A DNA stretch of 64,000 bases from a virus (Duplodnaviria > Caudoviricetes). A program made the translations under genes and the position numbers. Location: IMG/VR virus record IMGVR_UViG_3300014204_000127, positions 32,001 through 96,000 of that record; one strand, given 5' to 3'. Positions 1 to 9,745 of this stretch are shown one piece after another (within the stretch, counting starts at the first letter, position 1; every line of letters starts with the position of its first letter). The notes beneath the pieces are model-generated. The model made no database searches. It had not been told where the DNA came from and was given only the letters and a program-made list of their open reading frames with translations.

Positions 1-32
1 GTTGTATCGTTATCTAATATAAAAATATAAAA

Positions 33-215
33 TTATTCTACCGGTCTACCATCATCAGTCAGTAGACTAAAGCAGTCGGGCTTTTCTATAAACTTGCAAA
101 TAGGAAGCCCAAACTCTTCCGCTTTTTTATATATTTCTGGTGTAAGTCGTCTATCACAGTCAGTATTGTGACACGCTAAAAACTCACAAAATGTTCTATC
201 TTTGTAACATAACAT
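33..215 (-). CDS. small Cys-rich hypothetical protein
   Basis: 60-aa ORF in the minus-strand gene run. Confidence 0.6.
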   Translation of the reverse strand: MLCYKDRTFCEFLACHNTDCDRRLTPEIYKKAEEFGLPICKFIEKPDCFSLLTDDGRPVE

Positions 216-231
216 GGGGTTTATTTCCTTT

Positions 232-501
232 TTAATTTACTATCCAATCATCTAGGTCATCTAAATCATATGGGTCTCCATAACCGTTATATTCATCATA
301 TTCATTATATTCATTATATTCATTTGAATCGTCAGGGACATTCGAATCCCTTAATTCAGTACTCCTACTATCTTTAATTCTTTTTCTTGACTCTATCTCC
401 CCGTCACAGTCCGGTTCAATACAGATATATCGGTCGGGGAGTCCAACACACCCATAATCTACAACCATATCCCCACCACATTTTGGACAGTATTTTTTCA
501 T
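232..501 (-). CDS. Zn-ribbon hypothetical protein with acidic repeat tail
   Basis: CPKC..CIEPDC; NEY/DEY 9-bp repeats at about 290-325. Confidence 0.6.
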   Translation of the reverse strand: MKKYCPKCGGDMVVDYGCVGLPDRYICIEPDCDGEIESRKRIKDSRSTELRDSNVPDDSNEYNEYNEYDEYNGYGDPYDLDDLDDWIVN

Positions 502-512
502 TTTTATTTTCC

Positions 513-1508
513 TTATAATGTTTCTTTAAACACCAACCCACTGTCTTTGGCAGCCTTGTTTGCCAATTCTATTTTTTTAATAATTTCCCGTCTGTTTTTT
601 ATAATTTCTTGTTCTTTACTAGTCTTTTTAACATTATCAAACATTTCTACAATGTTATCAGATATTTTGTATCTATTTAAATCAGTGGAACTCACTGCAT
701 ATTCTTTCCTAACTGCATCTATGTACATGGTGTGCCGCCCATCGTCGCCCATATAAAACTCGTTCCATTCATATTCTGACAGCAATCTCTTTACATCTAG
801 TTGTTTAATAGCAAGATTGTCAAAACACACCACCTTAAACCATTTAAGTGAAAGCATATCAGGGAGTACATTGTACAATCCTTTTTGATTAAAGTCAACA
901 ATATTCTTCATGTTTTTTAGATATGTTTCGCCCTTTCGGATGTTCTTGTATCCAAGAATAAGAACTTTAAGTCCATTATTGGCAATGCTTTGGTAGTCTT
1001 TCATACTATGTACGCCATTTATAGTATGTATTACAGCATGTTCGAACCGTTTTACTTTTTCTAAAAATTCTGGTGTGGCTTCTACTATAGATACACCAAT
1101 ACCTTTGAAGAGATTCTCTTCGCAAAGGGATTTAATGTAGTCAAAATCTCGTTCAAAATGTACCTGATTTACAGTAATATTGGCAACAATTTGCTTATTT
1201 TTAAGTTTTATAAGAAATTCTTTAAAATCAGGATGGTCTGTGGGGCTTCCTCCTCCAATCGCAATTTCGGTATGTGGCATGAGGGTGTCTATAAACTTTA
1301 GTCCAAGAATGTTGGCATGTTTGCCATTTATTGACGAGTTCTCGTGACACATCGGACAATTTCTGTCGCAAAAGTCAGTTATCTTACAGTCAATGTTTTC
1401 AGGAAATTCTGCATCAAAGAAGTCTGCTTCGGTTTCCCTTATCTTTGTACCATCGTCAAACAAAGTTACAGTATAGTTGCCATTAATATATTTTCCAAGT
1501 AGCTTCAT
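513..1508 (-). CDS. radical SAM protein
   Basis: CDRNCPMC (CxxxCxxC), IAIGGG motif, NITVNQ. Confidence 0.9.
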   Translation of the reverse strand: MKLLGKYINGNYTVTLFDDGTKIRETEADFFDAEFPENIDCKITDFCDRNCPMCHENSSINGKHANILGLKFIDTLMPHTEIAIGGGSPTDHPDFKEFLIKLKNKQIVANITVNQVHFERDFDYIKSLCEENLFKGIGVSIVEATPEFLEKVKRFEHAVIHTINGVHSMKDYQSIANNGLKVLILGYKNIRKGETYLKNMKNIVDFNQKGLYNVLPDMLSLKWFKVVCFDNLAIKQLDVKRLLSEYEWNEFYMGDDGRHTMYIDAVRKEYAVSSTDLNRYKISDNIVEMFDNVKKTSKEQEIIKNRREIIKKIELANKAAKDSGLVFKETL

Positions 1509-2161
1509 TGTATTTCCTTATTGCTGTTGCATTTTTCTATTGCTCTTCGCACTCTTTGCCTATAATTCCTTTTCCTTCTCTCTAGTAGCCAACATATTTT
1601 TGGCTGTTGTTCATTAGTACGGTATTTGCTATTCAAATCCCTTGCATCTGTTATTGTTTTTAGAATGCTATGTATTTTTCTAACACTTACAATGCCAAGT
1701 TTATTGTCGTTAAAATATTTGGCAGACTTGTGTAATATGTTTTCATGTCCAGCATATAAATATTTCTCCACAGTTGCTTTAGTTTCTGGCAATAAAGTTT
1801 GCCACATTTTTTGACACTTTTCTACAAGTTCCCTATATTCAGGGGAAATGCAGTCAAATATCTCTAATGCATCCAGATACGCAAAAATATAGGGGGTATT
1901 TGTAGAAGAGGGCAGTATATTACACAAATAACAAGGTCTTTTGCTGTCCTTTTTAATAAAAGACACAGCGAGGTGTATAGAACTTTTTGTAATTACATCA
2001 GCACATGGAATTTTTGTATACTGGGGGTCAAACCTTGCCCAATATTTTTCTTCATATTCCATAATTTTATTAGCATATTCAATAACCCTATTATGGTCTA
2101 TTGTTACGCTTGTTTTATCTAACACTACTTGTGCATCTGGATGTATAGGTCTATCTATCAT
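1505..2161 (-). CDS. hypothetical protein
   Basis: 218-aa ORF with ATGA overlap to the radical SAM gene. Confidence 0.65.
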   Translation of the reverse strand: MIDRPIHPDAQVVLDKTSVTIDHNRVIEYANKIMEYEEKYWARFDPQYTKIPCADVITKSSIHLAVSFIKKDSKRPCYLCNILPSSTNTPYIFAYLDALEIFDCISPEYRELVEKCQKMWQTLLPETKATVEKYLYAGHENILHKSAKYFNDNKLGIVSVRKIHSILKTITDARDLNSKYRTNEQQPKICWLLERRKRNYRQRVRRAIEKCNSNKEIQ

Positions 2162-2164
2162 GGA

Positions 2165-2458
2165 TTATTCTAAACTTCTTTGCCTTAATTTTCTATCTAT
2201 TTCTTTTTTAGTTATGTTTTTAAGTATTTTTAACACATTTGGCCATTCAATATAACCATCATAGGGATTGTCTGATAACATTTGTTCAAAAATAAGAACA
2301 CCATCTACAGCTGTCACTACATGGTCAGAAGTACCCACTGATATAGTAAGGCATCCGTGACGATACCTTACATACACCCATCTATCCTCAAATGTCTGAA
2401 ATGTCCATTGAGATGGGCATTGTGTTACACCACCACTAAGATTTTTTATAGGTATCAT
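2165..2458 (-). CDS. phage hypothetical protein (CPSQW..VYVRYR)
   Basis: start placed at ATG 2458, just downstream of the promoter at 2470-2498. Confidence 0.6.
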   Translation of the reverse strand: MIPIKNLSGGVTQCPSQWTFQTFEDRWVYVRYRHGCLTISVGTSDHVVTAVDGVLIFEQMLSDNPYDGYIEWPNVLKILKNITKKEIDRKLRQRSLE

Positions 2459-2469
2459 AATAACTCCAT

Positions 2470-2498
2470 ATATTATCACACTGTTTTTAATATGTCAA
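2470..2498 (-). promoter_or_regulatory. sigma70-like promoter
   Basis: TTGACA-17-TAATAT with TGn extension. Confidence 0.7.
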
Positions 2499-2824
2499 TC
2501 CAAATTTTCAAAATTTTTAAGAATATTTGCAGCCCCTATATCCCCTTTTTCTGCCAAACCCTTAATATATTCAAACATAATAGGGGAGTTGACCATCAAT
2601 GCAACGTTCCCAACTGATTCTTCGTGGAAAACCCTCGTGTTATTAAGTCTTTTCGAAACGGGGCTTAAAACAAGATTATCTGGAATTTGGGACTTTATTA
2701 TAGCAATTTCCTGCCGTCCCCTATCACCAGAACAATCTATGGTTATTTCTGCCACAACTTTTATACCCTTATCCACATATTCAAAGGATGTTCTTGGTTT
2801 CCAAGTTCCTTTTGTATACTTCAT
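2495..2824 (-). CDS. hypothetical protein
   Basis: 109-aa ORF; 3' end nearly duplicates a segment near the 3' end of the upstream gene. Confidence 0.6.
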   Translation of the reverse strand: MKYTKGTWKPRTSFEYVDKGIKVVAEITIDCSGDRGRQEIAIIKSQIPDNLVLSPVSKRLNNTRVFHEESVGNVALMVNSPIMFEYIKGLAEKGDIGAANILKNFENLD

Positions 2825-2825
2825 A

Positions 2826-3446
2826 TTATATCTCCCAGATACTTTCTATATTTTCAAAATTTTTAAAAATATTTTTAATCTCATTGTATTCAAATGGTCT
2901 GAATTCCGAATGGTTGTCTATACCCACATCAAGTGCATAATTACCCCTGTAGGGCGTTCCATGTGCATGACCGTAGAAGTGCATGTCTGCAATACCATTT
3001 TGCCATCCTGGGTCAAATATATGCCTTAGATACACCGTTGAGCATCCTTTTTCCTGTTCGGCATCTTCCACATCAATATATACACCCTTTTTTGTGCTGC
3101 TATGAAAAGAAACAAACCTACTTGCCATCTTTTTCATGTAACTATCGTGATTTCCACTAATAAAATGAATCTTACCGTGCAGAGCGTCAATTATATCAAG
3201 AACTTTGGACTGGTTTTGTTTAAAATCAAAACAAAAATCACCTAAAAAGAAGATATTAGCATCGTCTGGCACAGTTTTATTCCAATTTTTTATAATAGCA
3301 CTGTGCATCTTGTCTAAAGATTCATAAGTTCTGTTTGCACAATACTTTAGAATGTTTTTATGAAAGAAATGTGTATCCGAAGTGAAATACACGGGGGATT
3401 CATAATAATTATTCATACATTTCATACGTTTTTGTCTCTCTTCCAC
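2826..3446 (-). CDS. calcineurin-like metallophosphoesterase
   Basis: SDTHF, LGDF, GNHD, GHAH motifs; true start may be 3419. Confidence 0.9.
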   Translation of the reverse strand: MEERQKRMKCMNNYYESPVYFTSDTHFFHKNILKYCANRTYESLDKMHSAIIKNWNKTVPDDANIFFLGDFCFDFKQNQSKVLDIIDALHGKIHFISGNHDSYMKKMASRFVSFHSSTKKGVYIDVEDAEQEKGCSTVYLRHIFDPGWQNGIADMHFYGHAHGTPYRGNYALDVGIDNHSEFRPFEYNEIKNIFKNFENIESIWEI

Positions 3447-3642
3447 AGAAAGAACATCTATATGATGTCACCAAATATGTGTTCCAATTGTTACCCATAG
3501 AAACGTACTTATGAGTTTGTTCAAAAGGAACATAATCATGCCCTTCAAAAGAACCACAGGTCTTTTGTCTAATTATTTGATCACGCTTGGCAGATATGAT
3601 GTAAAATAATAACCATATAAAGAGCAATAGAAGTAATTTCAT
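3409..3642 (-). CDS. small membrane protein
   Basis: N-terminal hydrophobic helix, CxxC. Confidence 0.6.
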   Translation of the reverse strand: MKLLLLLFIWLLFYIISAKRDQIIRQKTCGSFEGHDYVPFEQTHKYVSMGNNWNTYLVTSYRCSFCGRETKTYEMYE

Positions 3643-3752
3643 TTAGTCACCATTCTGTATAATGCTATAAGTGTTGAGTATTTATAAGAATTTCTTTGTT
3701 TTTCATCTAATATCCCATTTACATCCAAATAAAGATTCCAATATTTATACCA

Positions 3753-4079
3753 CTAATCATCTAATATCTGTCTTATCAACACATCCTTAATTCTCTCGCT
3801 CATTGCCGAACAGGATGTTGCACTTCTTTCTATCCATTCCCTGTTTGTTATACTGCCATGTACATTTCTATCATACTTCACCATAGGTTGCCCACATTGG
3901 TAATAATAATTCAAGGGATGTCCGTTCCGTTCAAGACAGTTGGTACATATTTTATTGTATGTTCCACATGTATCCTCAATAGGGCTGCTTAGTCTTTCCG
4001 TTGCTTTACTTTGAAAAGTGAGAAAATCCTCACTGTTTGCAGTGAATGCTTCCATTATAATTTCATTTTTCGTTTTCAT
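3753..4079 (-). CDS. hypothetical protein (possibly interrupted by an amber codon)
   Basis: ends in TAG; frame stays open for 37 more codons to TGA at 3639. Confidence 0.6.
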   Translation of the reverse strand: MKTKNEIIMEAFTANSEDFLTFQSKATERLSSPIEDTCGTYNKICTNCLERNGHPLNYYYQCGQPMVKYDRNVHGSITNREWIERSATSCSAMSERIKDVLIRQILDD

Positions 4080-4086
4080 ATCAAGT

Positions 4087-4114
4087 AGTTTACCACATTC
4101 TTTTATTTTGTCAA
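4087..4114 (-). promoter_or_regulatory. sigma70-like promoter, probably leaderless
   Basis: TTGACA-16-TAAACT, TGn; ATG 7 nt after the -10. Confidence 0.7.
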
Positions 4115-4123
4115 GTACTATTT

Positions 4124-4744
4124 TTAAATATTTATTTTGGAATATAAATCGTTAGGTTTTTTAATAATGTGGTCTATTATTCCTAGTTTTAAACATTCTT
4201 CAGCAGAAAGCCAAGTGTCTTTTGACATGATATCTTTTAACTGTTTTTTTGTTATTTTGGTACGTTTTAAAATAATATCTACCATTCGTTTTTCTTCTCG
4301 TTTCCACATATTTTCAACATAATTGTCCACTTCCTTTATATTCCCTCTTGTTTCCCCTGTAGAAGAATGTAACATTATTGTAGCATTTGGAGTACAAAAT
4401 CTCTTTCCTTTTGTTCCAGATAAAAGCAACAATCCTGCCGCACTTGTTGCCCATGATGTACAAATTGTTGCCACATCAGAATAAAGTATATTATGCATAA
4501 TATCATGCAACCCTAAAAATTTAGACAGGTCTCCCCCATATGAATCAATATAAACTAGAATGTCCCTACATATCTTATTTTCATCCAGTCTATTTTTATC
4601 ACAGCTAAACAACCTTTCAATAGTATATTTATACAAAGCATAGTCAAATTTTTCTGATACACATATTATACGGTTGCTATCTAAAAAGGGAGTGGTTCTA
4701 TTTTCCAAAATACTATTCCTTTTGATTATCCAATACTTTAACAA
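4124..4744 (-). CDS. clpP: ClpP-like protease proteolytic subunit
   Basis: YIDSYGG, ATSAA (catalytic Ser), GTKGKRF, IMLH, KDTWLSAEECLKLGIIDHI. Confidence 0.9.
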   Translation of the reverse strand: MLKYWIIKRNSILENRTTPFLDSNRIICVSEKFDYALYKYTIERLFSCDKNRLDENKICRDILVYIDSYGGDLSKFLGLHDIMHNILYSDVATICTSWATSAAGLLLLSGTKGKRFCTPNATIMLHSSTGETRGNIKEVDNYVENMWKREEKRMVDIILKRTKITKKQLKDIMSKDTWLSAEECLKLGIIDHIIKKPNDLYSKINI

Positions 4745-5414
4745 AATTATTTTTAATTTCCCTCGCCCGTCTTATTGATTTTTTAAATGACTTTTGTACT
4801 TCTTTTCTTACATTTTTGTCATTTTTGGCAGAATTTATTGAATATTCGTAAATAACTTCCATATTTTCATTGTTAAGAAATGAATTGCAGGTATATGCCC
4901 ATTTCTTTGTAGGATGTCCAAATATTTTAATATTTTCCAGTTTTGGATTAAGAAACTCATATGCCTTTGCCGTAAGCTCATGGCAATAAAAACGGGTGTC
5001 ATCCGTATCAAAATTAAAGTCATACGGTTTGTTTAACTGATGTTTTGCAAAACTTACTGCACGCCTTGCACCTTTGTTGGGGCGTACTATACAAAAAGCA
5101 TCACATTCAAGAAAGTCCAGTATGTCTATAATCTGAACACCCTCGGCAATAGCATGTATTACTTTACCGCTGCCTATATAGATTCCACTATGGCTGTAAG
5201 CCCCTTGAATGAAATATCCGTCTAGATACCTGACATATTTTCGCATAACTATATCACCTGTTTTCAGAATTTTCATAGCATGTCGCTTCTGAATGCCCTT
5301 GACAAGATATGTCTCAGGTTGGTATAGAATCCAAGCAGGCCACGGAAATATCTTGATATCCCCAAAAATGCTTAGAATTTGGGATTGAACTTTGTATTTA
5401 ATTGTTTTTAACAT
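4713..5414 (-). CDS. permuted papain-like NlpC/P60 (YiiX/YebB-like) protein
   Basis: GDIV, YSHSGIY, KPYDF, FYCHEL. Confidence 0.85.
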   Translation of the reverse strand: MLKTIKYKVQSQILSIFGDIKIFPWPAWILYQPETYLVKGIQKRHAMKILKTGDIVMRKYVRYLDGYFIQGAYSHSGIYIGSGKVIHAIAEGVQIIDILDFLECDAFCIVRPNKGARRAVSFAKHQLNKPYDFNFDTDDTRFYCHELTAKAYEFLNPKLENIKIFGHPTKKWAYTCNSFLNNENMEVIYEYSINSAKNDKNVRKEVQKSFKKSIRRAREIKNNFVKVLDNQKE

Positions 5415-5420
5415 AATTTT

Positions 5421-5732
5421 TTACCATTTAGCGGGTTTATCGCTCTTATCATAAACAAGATAAACTACAATACTTGCCAACAATGCAACTGGTCCAAACA
5501 GGGAAAAAGCAACACCATTTCTTCTGTCTGCTACAGTCCAACCAAGTCCCCCATTTATATCCGATGCCTTGTTGATTATGTATGACAAAACACCACACAA
5601 TATCCAAATAACCACACCGATAAAAATAAGCATAATATATTTTCCTTTCCTGTTATATTTCCAGATATTCTGGAATAGTTGTTTTAATGTCATCAACCCA
5701 AATCTTTGATACTTTAACATAAATATCAACAT
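5421..5732 (-). CDS. membrane protein
   Basis: two hydrophobic helices; probably starts at internal MLIFIG; weak similarity to 16247..16489. Confidence 0.55.
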   Translation of the reverse strand: MLIFMLKYQRFGLMTLKQLFQNIWKYNRKGKYIMLIFIGVVIWILCGVLSYIINKASDINGGLGWTVADRRNGVAFSLFGPVALLASIVVYLVYDKSDKPAKW

Positions 5733-6030
5733 TATATTTCTTGTTTGGTTTTAAAATATATTGTAAAATATATTGTTTCTTTTTATAATATGTACTTATT
5801 TTTAATATTTTAGTACACGGTGTTTTATTTATTATAAACAATGTTCCATTAGTCTTTTCCAATTTAATATCAGTATCATCAAATATAACCATACTTTTTG
5901 ATATCTTATTTGTTTCACTTGTTTTGATTAATTTGCTTTTAACGGCGTATCCTACAAAAAATGCTATTAATAGTACTAGAATAGTAATTATACCGATCAT
6001 ATAGTTCATACTTCCACTGCTCCCATGCAC
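5653..6030 (-). CDS. membrane-anchored hypothetical protein
   Basis: N-terminal TM helix. Confidence 0.55.
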   Translation of the reverse strand: MHGSSGSMNYMIGIITILVLLIAFFVGYAVKSKLIKTSETNKISKSMVIFDDTDIKLEKTNGTLFIINKTPCTKILKISTYYKKKQYILQYILKPNKKYNVDIYVKVSKIWVDDIKTTIPEYLEI

Positions 6031-6314
6031 TCTTTAATGTTTTTCAATACTGTCTTAAGTCTTTCTACTTCATCAACAAGTTCCGAATTTGATTTAAGGA
6101 TATAAAATTCGTCATTAATATCATATGCACAACCATCGTCTGCCAAAAATGTGGTATCGTTTATAATGGATTCTACTGTTGTTTTATAGACTGTTGCATC
6201 GAAATAACACCATGTATATAATATGGTGTCCTCTTTCATATCATTAAAGTTTGCCAAACGGAACATATCAAGGGTTTCTATGTTATGCTGTGTTTTTTCA
6301 TAATTTGTGTTCAT
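6006..6314 (-). CDS. hypothetical protein
   Basis: ORF in contiguous gene run. Confidence 0.6.
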   Translation of the reverse strand: MNTNYEKTQHNIETLDMFRLANFNDMKEDTILYTWCYFDATVYKTTVESIINDTTFLADDGCAYDINDEFYILKSNSELVDEVERLKTVLKNIKECMGAVEV

Positions 6315-6526
6315 TCTTTAATCGCCCTATAAAATTCTCTATAAATGTCCTTTATATCCACTTTATTATGTACAAACTTGTCCACCATAGAAGATAGTTT
6401 ATAATTTATTTCCTTAATCTTTTCGGAGTCTTTTATGTTGTTTTTGGAACAAAGGTGTTTTGTTATCTCAAAAAACTGTTCTATTCTCTTACGTTCTCTA
6501 CTAAATTTGTCTTTATTTTCCTGCAT
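6311..6526 (-). CDS. hypothetical protein
   Basis: ATGA-coupled ORF. Confidence 0.55.
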   Translation of the reverse strand: MQENKDKFSRERKRIEQFFEITKHLCSKNNIKDSEKIKEINYKLSSMVDKFVHNKVDIKDIYREFYRAIKE

Positions 6527-7172
6527 TTTTAATAACCTCTTTTCTTAACTTATCAAGGTCTTTATATCTGGTAGAATACATGGATGCTTTTACAAATCTA
6601 TCGGACAATTTAAAAAACTTATATTCCGAATATCCATTGAAAACAAGTTTTTCATACCCAACATCTGTATAATTCCTTGAAAAATTTGTGATCCCAATAA
6701 AAGGCAATTCCAATGCTGTAACAAGCATTATGTTATTATGAAGTAACGTATCCTCTTTCATGGTAAATCCATCTAACCCAATGGGTATTTCATACATAGG
6801 TGCCGCTACAACAGTAATGATATCACCTATATTAATATTCTCAAAAGGAACGCTTATATCAGGCTTTTTGAGATTTTTTGGTTTGTTTTGCTTATTTGGT
6901 AGGTTCTTGGCCAAACCATATGATTCTCCAAAGTTGTCCTTATCAAACAGTTCATTCATCATACTCATGGCATCAAAATCATTATCATTAATATCTCCAA
7001 AATCATCCCGTTCATCAAAATCTTCCGGTTCTTCTGTTTCATCAAACCCACCTAAATTATTTGTCATTTTGTACATTCTTTCTTTTTGGAAGGTAATTGC
7101 CTTTTGCAGCCTGTATTTTGAAATACTTTTTGATGTTCTTGTATTCCCTGAGTTCCTTGCATGTCTGACCAC
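6513..7172 (-). CDS. hypothetical protein with acidic region
   Basis: 219-aa ORF; start uncertain. Confidence 0.6.
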   Translation of the reverse strand: MVRHARNSGNTRTSKSISKYRLQKAITFQKERMYKMTNNLGGFDETEEPEDFDERDDFGDINDNDFDAMSMMNELFDKDNFGESYGLAKNLPNKQNKPKNLKKPDISVPFENINIGDIITVVAAPMYEIPIGLDGFTMKEDTLLHNNIMLVTALELPFIGITNFSRNYTDVGYEKLVFNGYSEYKFFKLSDRFVKASMYSTRYKDLDKLRKEVIKNAGK

Positions 7173-7240
7173 TTGCAGTATTCATTTTAAATCTCCTAAT
7201 GGGTTGTTAAAATATAGTTAAGTCCTTCAACACAAACCAC

Positions 7241-7268
7241 ATTATATCACAAACACGAGGGGAGTCAA
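7241..7268 (-). promoter_or_regulatory. sigma70-like promoter
   Basis: TTGACT-16-TATAAT, TGn. Confidence 0.75.
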
Positions 7269-7278
7269 GATAAAAAAT

Positions 7279-7503
7279 TCAACAAATATTGTCAATATCG
7301 TCAATATCGTCAACATCATCGGCATCCAAATCATCAAGGTCCTGAATACCATCCTCAATATTTTGAGAAAGTGCTGCAATAAAGCAGGATTCACATAAAA
7401 AATATCCCTTTTTGTCATGCCAATAATTATCATTAGGCTTTATTTCTGATTTGCAATCTTCACATGCTAAGTTCATTTTTGTTTTCCTTTTCCTTAATAG
7501 CAT
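7279..7503 (-). CDS. small Zn-finger acidic protein
   Basis: CEDC..CESC, acidic DDI-repeat tail. Confidence 0.55.
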   Translation of the reverse strand: MLLRKRKTKMNLACEDCKSEIKPNDNYWHDKKGYFLCESCFIAALSQNIEDGIQDLDDLDADDVDDIDDIDNIC

Positions 7504-8123
7504 TTTCTATTCTTTGTTTAGATATATTAAAATAAGTTTCATCAAGTTCAATACCTATAAAATTACGGTTTGTATTAAGACACGCAACACCAGTTGTTCC
7601 ACTTCCCATAAATGGGTCTAAAACAATATCTGTTTCTTTTACAGAACATCTTTCCAATAGTTTAGTCCATAATCCGATGGGTTTGGGACACGCATGTCCT
7701 TTTTTTTCGCTTCTCTCATTACTACATAGAATGTCAGGTCTAGCCCCCATTCTATTGGCTCTAAATGGGCATTTGCCATATACTAAAATGGGCTGCCAAC
7801 ATGTAAATCCCCACTTGTTCTGTCCTGCCCCTGCTGTAATGACCCAAGCCATTGTCCAATCTGGGGGGGTATAAATGTTGATTTCCATTCCCACATGTTA
7901 CTGCTATTCTTTTAGCCACTCTCATTGCAACTGGCATAAAAGAGTCTACAAGAGATTTAAGATGTTCCTTGGTGTCGTCATACATATTATACTTGTAATT
8001 AACACCATAAGGGGGGTCTGTCAAAAGCAGGTCTATGCTCTTGTCATGCATTTCCCGCATCTTTTCTATGCAGTCACCTTGAATCAAATTAAATGTATTA
8101 TTATTGTGCGTTAGTACTTCCAT
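7460..8123 (-). pseudogene. N4-C/N6-A DNA methyltransferase (beta class), frameshifted at a C7 tract
   Basis: DPPY in ORF 7761..8123; HACPKP and VLDPFMGSGTTG in ORF 7460..7894; removing one C from 7863-7869 gives one 220-aa protein. Confidence 0.88.
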
Positions 8124-8802
8124 TACTGCTTTCCTTTTCTACTTTTATCTCAGGTATATTATAATAACACTGTGCAAGAGGCCCGTATATTACCTCCGAC
8201 AGACTAACAAAATGCGTATTTTTAACATCATATTCTACATAATTATGATGATGTCCGTGTATCCAATACTCTGGACTGTGTATTTCCAAAAGATTGGATA
8301 GAAATTTGGTAGTACTAGAAGTACCTTCATATTTTAAACCATTTGTACAAACATACTTATAACAATCTCTGGGACAATCATGCGAACACACATATCTTGG
8401 CTTAATCCTTTGATAAAGTTCAATACATTCTTTTTGTTGATTATAGTTAAATTCTTCATCTGGCCACCAACTAATATAAGGTTTTCTATATATTTTGTCA
8501 ATAGAAAAAGCACCAGATATATGAAAAATTTTAGTATTTTCGTTGTATCCAAAGTCCCCCAAATATCTGGGATGTTCTTCACAATCTCTGGGACTATCAT
8601 GATTGCCCCTAAGAAATGTGTGGTTGCTTCCCAAATCGGGGGAACAGGACTTCAATCCACGTTTGCCATGTGGAAAACCAATGCCCATGTCACCGAGCTG
8701 AATTGAACAGTCCATGCCAACAATTCCCTTCTTTAAAGGCATTTTGGCAATCATGTATTCATAGGTATTAAATCCGCCGTGTATATCACCAATAAAATAC
8801 AA
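8101..8802 (-). CDS. metallophosphoesterase
   Basis: GDIHG, LGDMG, GNHD, SHDCP, GHHH. Confidence 0.9.
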   Translation of the reverse strand: MYFIGDIHGGFNTYEYMIAKMPLKKGIVGMDCSIQLGDMGIGFPHGKRGLKSCSPDLGSNHTFLRGNHDSPRDCEEHPRYLGDFGYNENTKIFHISGAFSIDKIYRKPYISWWPDEEFNYNQQKECIELYQRIKPRYVCSHDCPRDCYKYVCTNGLKYEGTSSTTKFLSNLLEIHSPEYWIHGHHHNYVEYDVKNTHFVSLSEVIYGPLAQCYYNIPEIKVEKESSNGSTNAQ

Positions 8803-8810
8803 TGGAGCTC

Positions 8811-8993
8811 CTATTTAAAAGACAACCAACCATTTTCATTTCTTGCAATAAAAATGGGTTCTATTTTGTATGATTTTACAAATAAATTATAATACCAAAG
8901 GTGGTCTCTTGCCACTTCTCTTGTTTTAAAAACATCTTTTATTTCCATTGTTTCTTTATCAACAATGGCCCACCAATTTTTATTCTTTTTCAT
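8811..8993 (-). CDS. small hypothetical protein
   Basis: NWW..DVF.TR..AR motif shared with its neighbour. Confidence 0.65.
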   Translation of the reverse strand: MKKNKNWWAIVDKETMEIKDVFKTREVARDHLWYYNLFVKSYKIEPIFIARNENGWLSFK

Positions 8994-8996
8994 TTT

Positions 8997-9167
8997 TTAA
9001 TGTTCCTTTACTTTGACATCAAGGGGGACTACTTTGCATGTGTCGTTTGTATCAATCTCATACTCTTCTTTCCATTCTCTTGCTATGTCCCGTGTGGGAA
9101 ACACATCCATAATTTTCTTTGTGGAAAGACTTTGTAATCCCCACCAATTTCTATTTCTTTTAATCAT
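8997..9167 (-). CDS. small hypothetical protein (tandem paralog, not in ORF track)
   Basis: 56 aa, MIKRNRNWWGLQSLSTKKIMDVFPTRDIARE..., similar to 8811..8993. Confidence 0.65.
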   Translation of the reverse strand: MIKRNRNWWGLQSLSTKKIMDVFPTRDIAREWKEEYEIDTNDTCKVVPLDVKVKEH

Positions 9168-9483
9168 TTTTATTTTCCTTTAAACAATATTTCAACACCT
9201 CTAACTGGGCAACACCAAAAGAGTCAAATGTTTTATCATCAGCTTCAATCCCGTGTACCAGATACAATCCACCACCCATACTTTCAAATGATATTGGGCA
9301 TATATTGGAGTCCAGCCATTCACGACAGGCCCGTTCAAGGATGGCATCAACAATCTCATCACAAACACTGTGCCCTATTTTTAAATGGTACCAACAGATA
9401 GCATTGCCAAGCATTTTTCGACTTAAACCACAATCAATTCCTAATTGATTCATTAATTCATATTTTTCTAAAGCTAAATCCAT
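9160..9483 (-). CDS. hypothetical protein, paralog of 59559..59906
   Basis: shared KYELM and [10 protein letters not shown] motifs. Confidence 0.7.
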   Translation of the reverse strand: MDLALEKYELMNQLGIDCGLSRKMLGNAICWYHLKIGHSVCDEIVDAILERACREWLDSNICPISFESMGGGLYLVHGIEADDKTFDSFGVAQLEVLKYCLKENKND

Positions 9484-9484
9484 T

Positions 9485-9745
9485 TTATTCCTCTTTATGA
9501 TTTCCTGTCAAAATAATATTATCCACCTCTATCTTCGGTAGTGTGGCTACAAAACTAAATACACAGTTTCCCATTTCAACATCAATATAATCCGAACTGT
9601 TTTGCCCTACTATTTTCATATAGGTTAGATATATATTTTGTTCATGGTGATGCTTTAGAAGATCAATACCCACTTTAATTTTTAGTTCACAATTATCTAA
9701 TTTATATGTTTTGCCTATTTTGTATTCCATTTTAACTGTTCTCAA
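9485..9745 (-). CDS. hypothetical protein
   Basis: ORF in contiguous gene run. Confidence 0.55.
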   Translation of the reverse strand: MRTVKMEYKIGKTYKLDNCELKIKVGIDLLKHHHEQNIYLTYMKIVGQNSSDYIDVEMGNCVFSFVATLPKIEVDNIILTGNHKEE

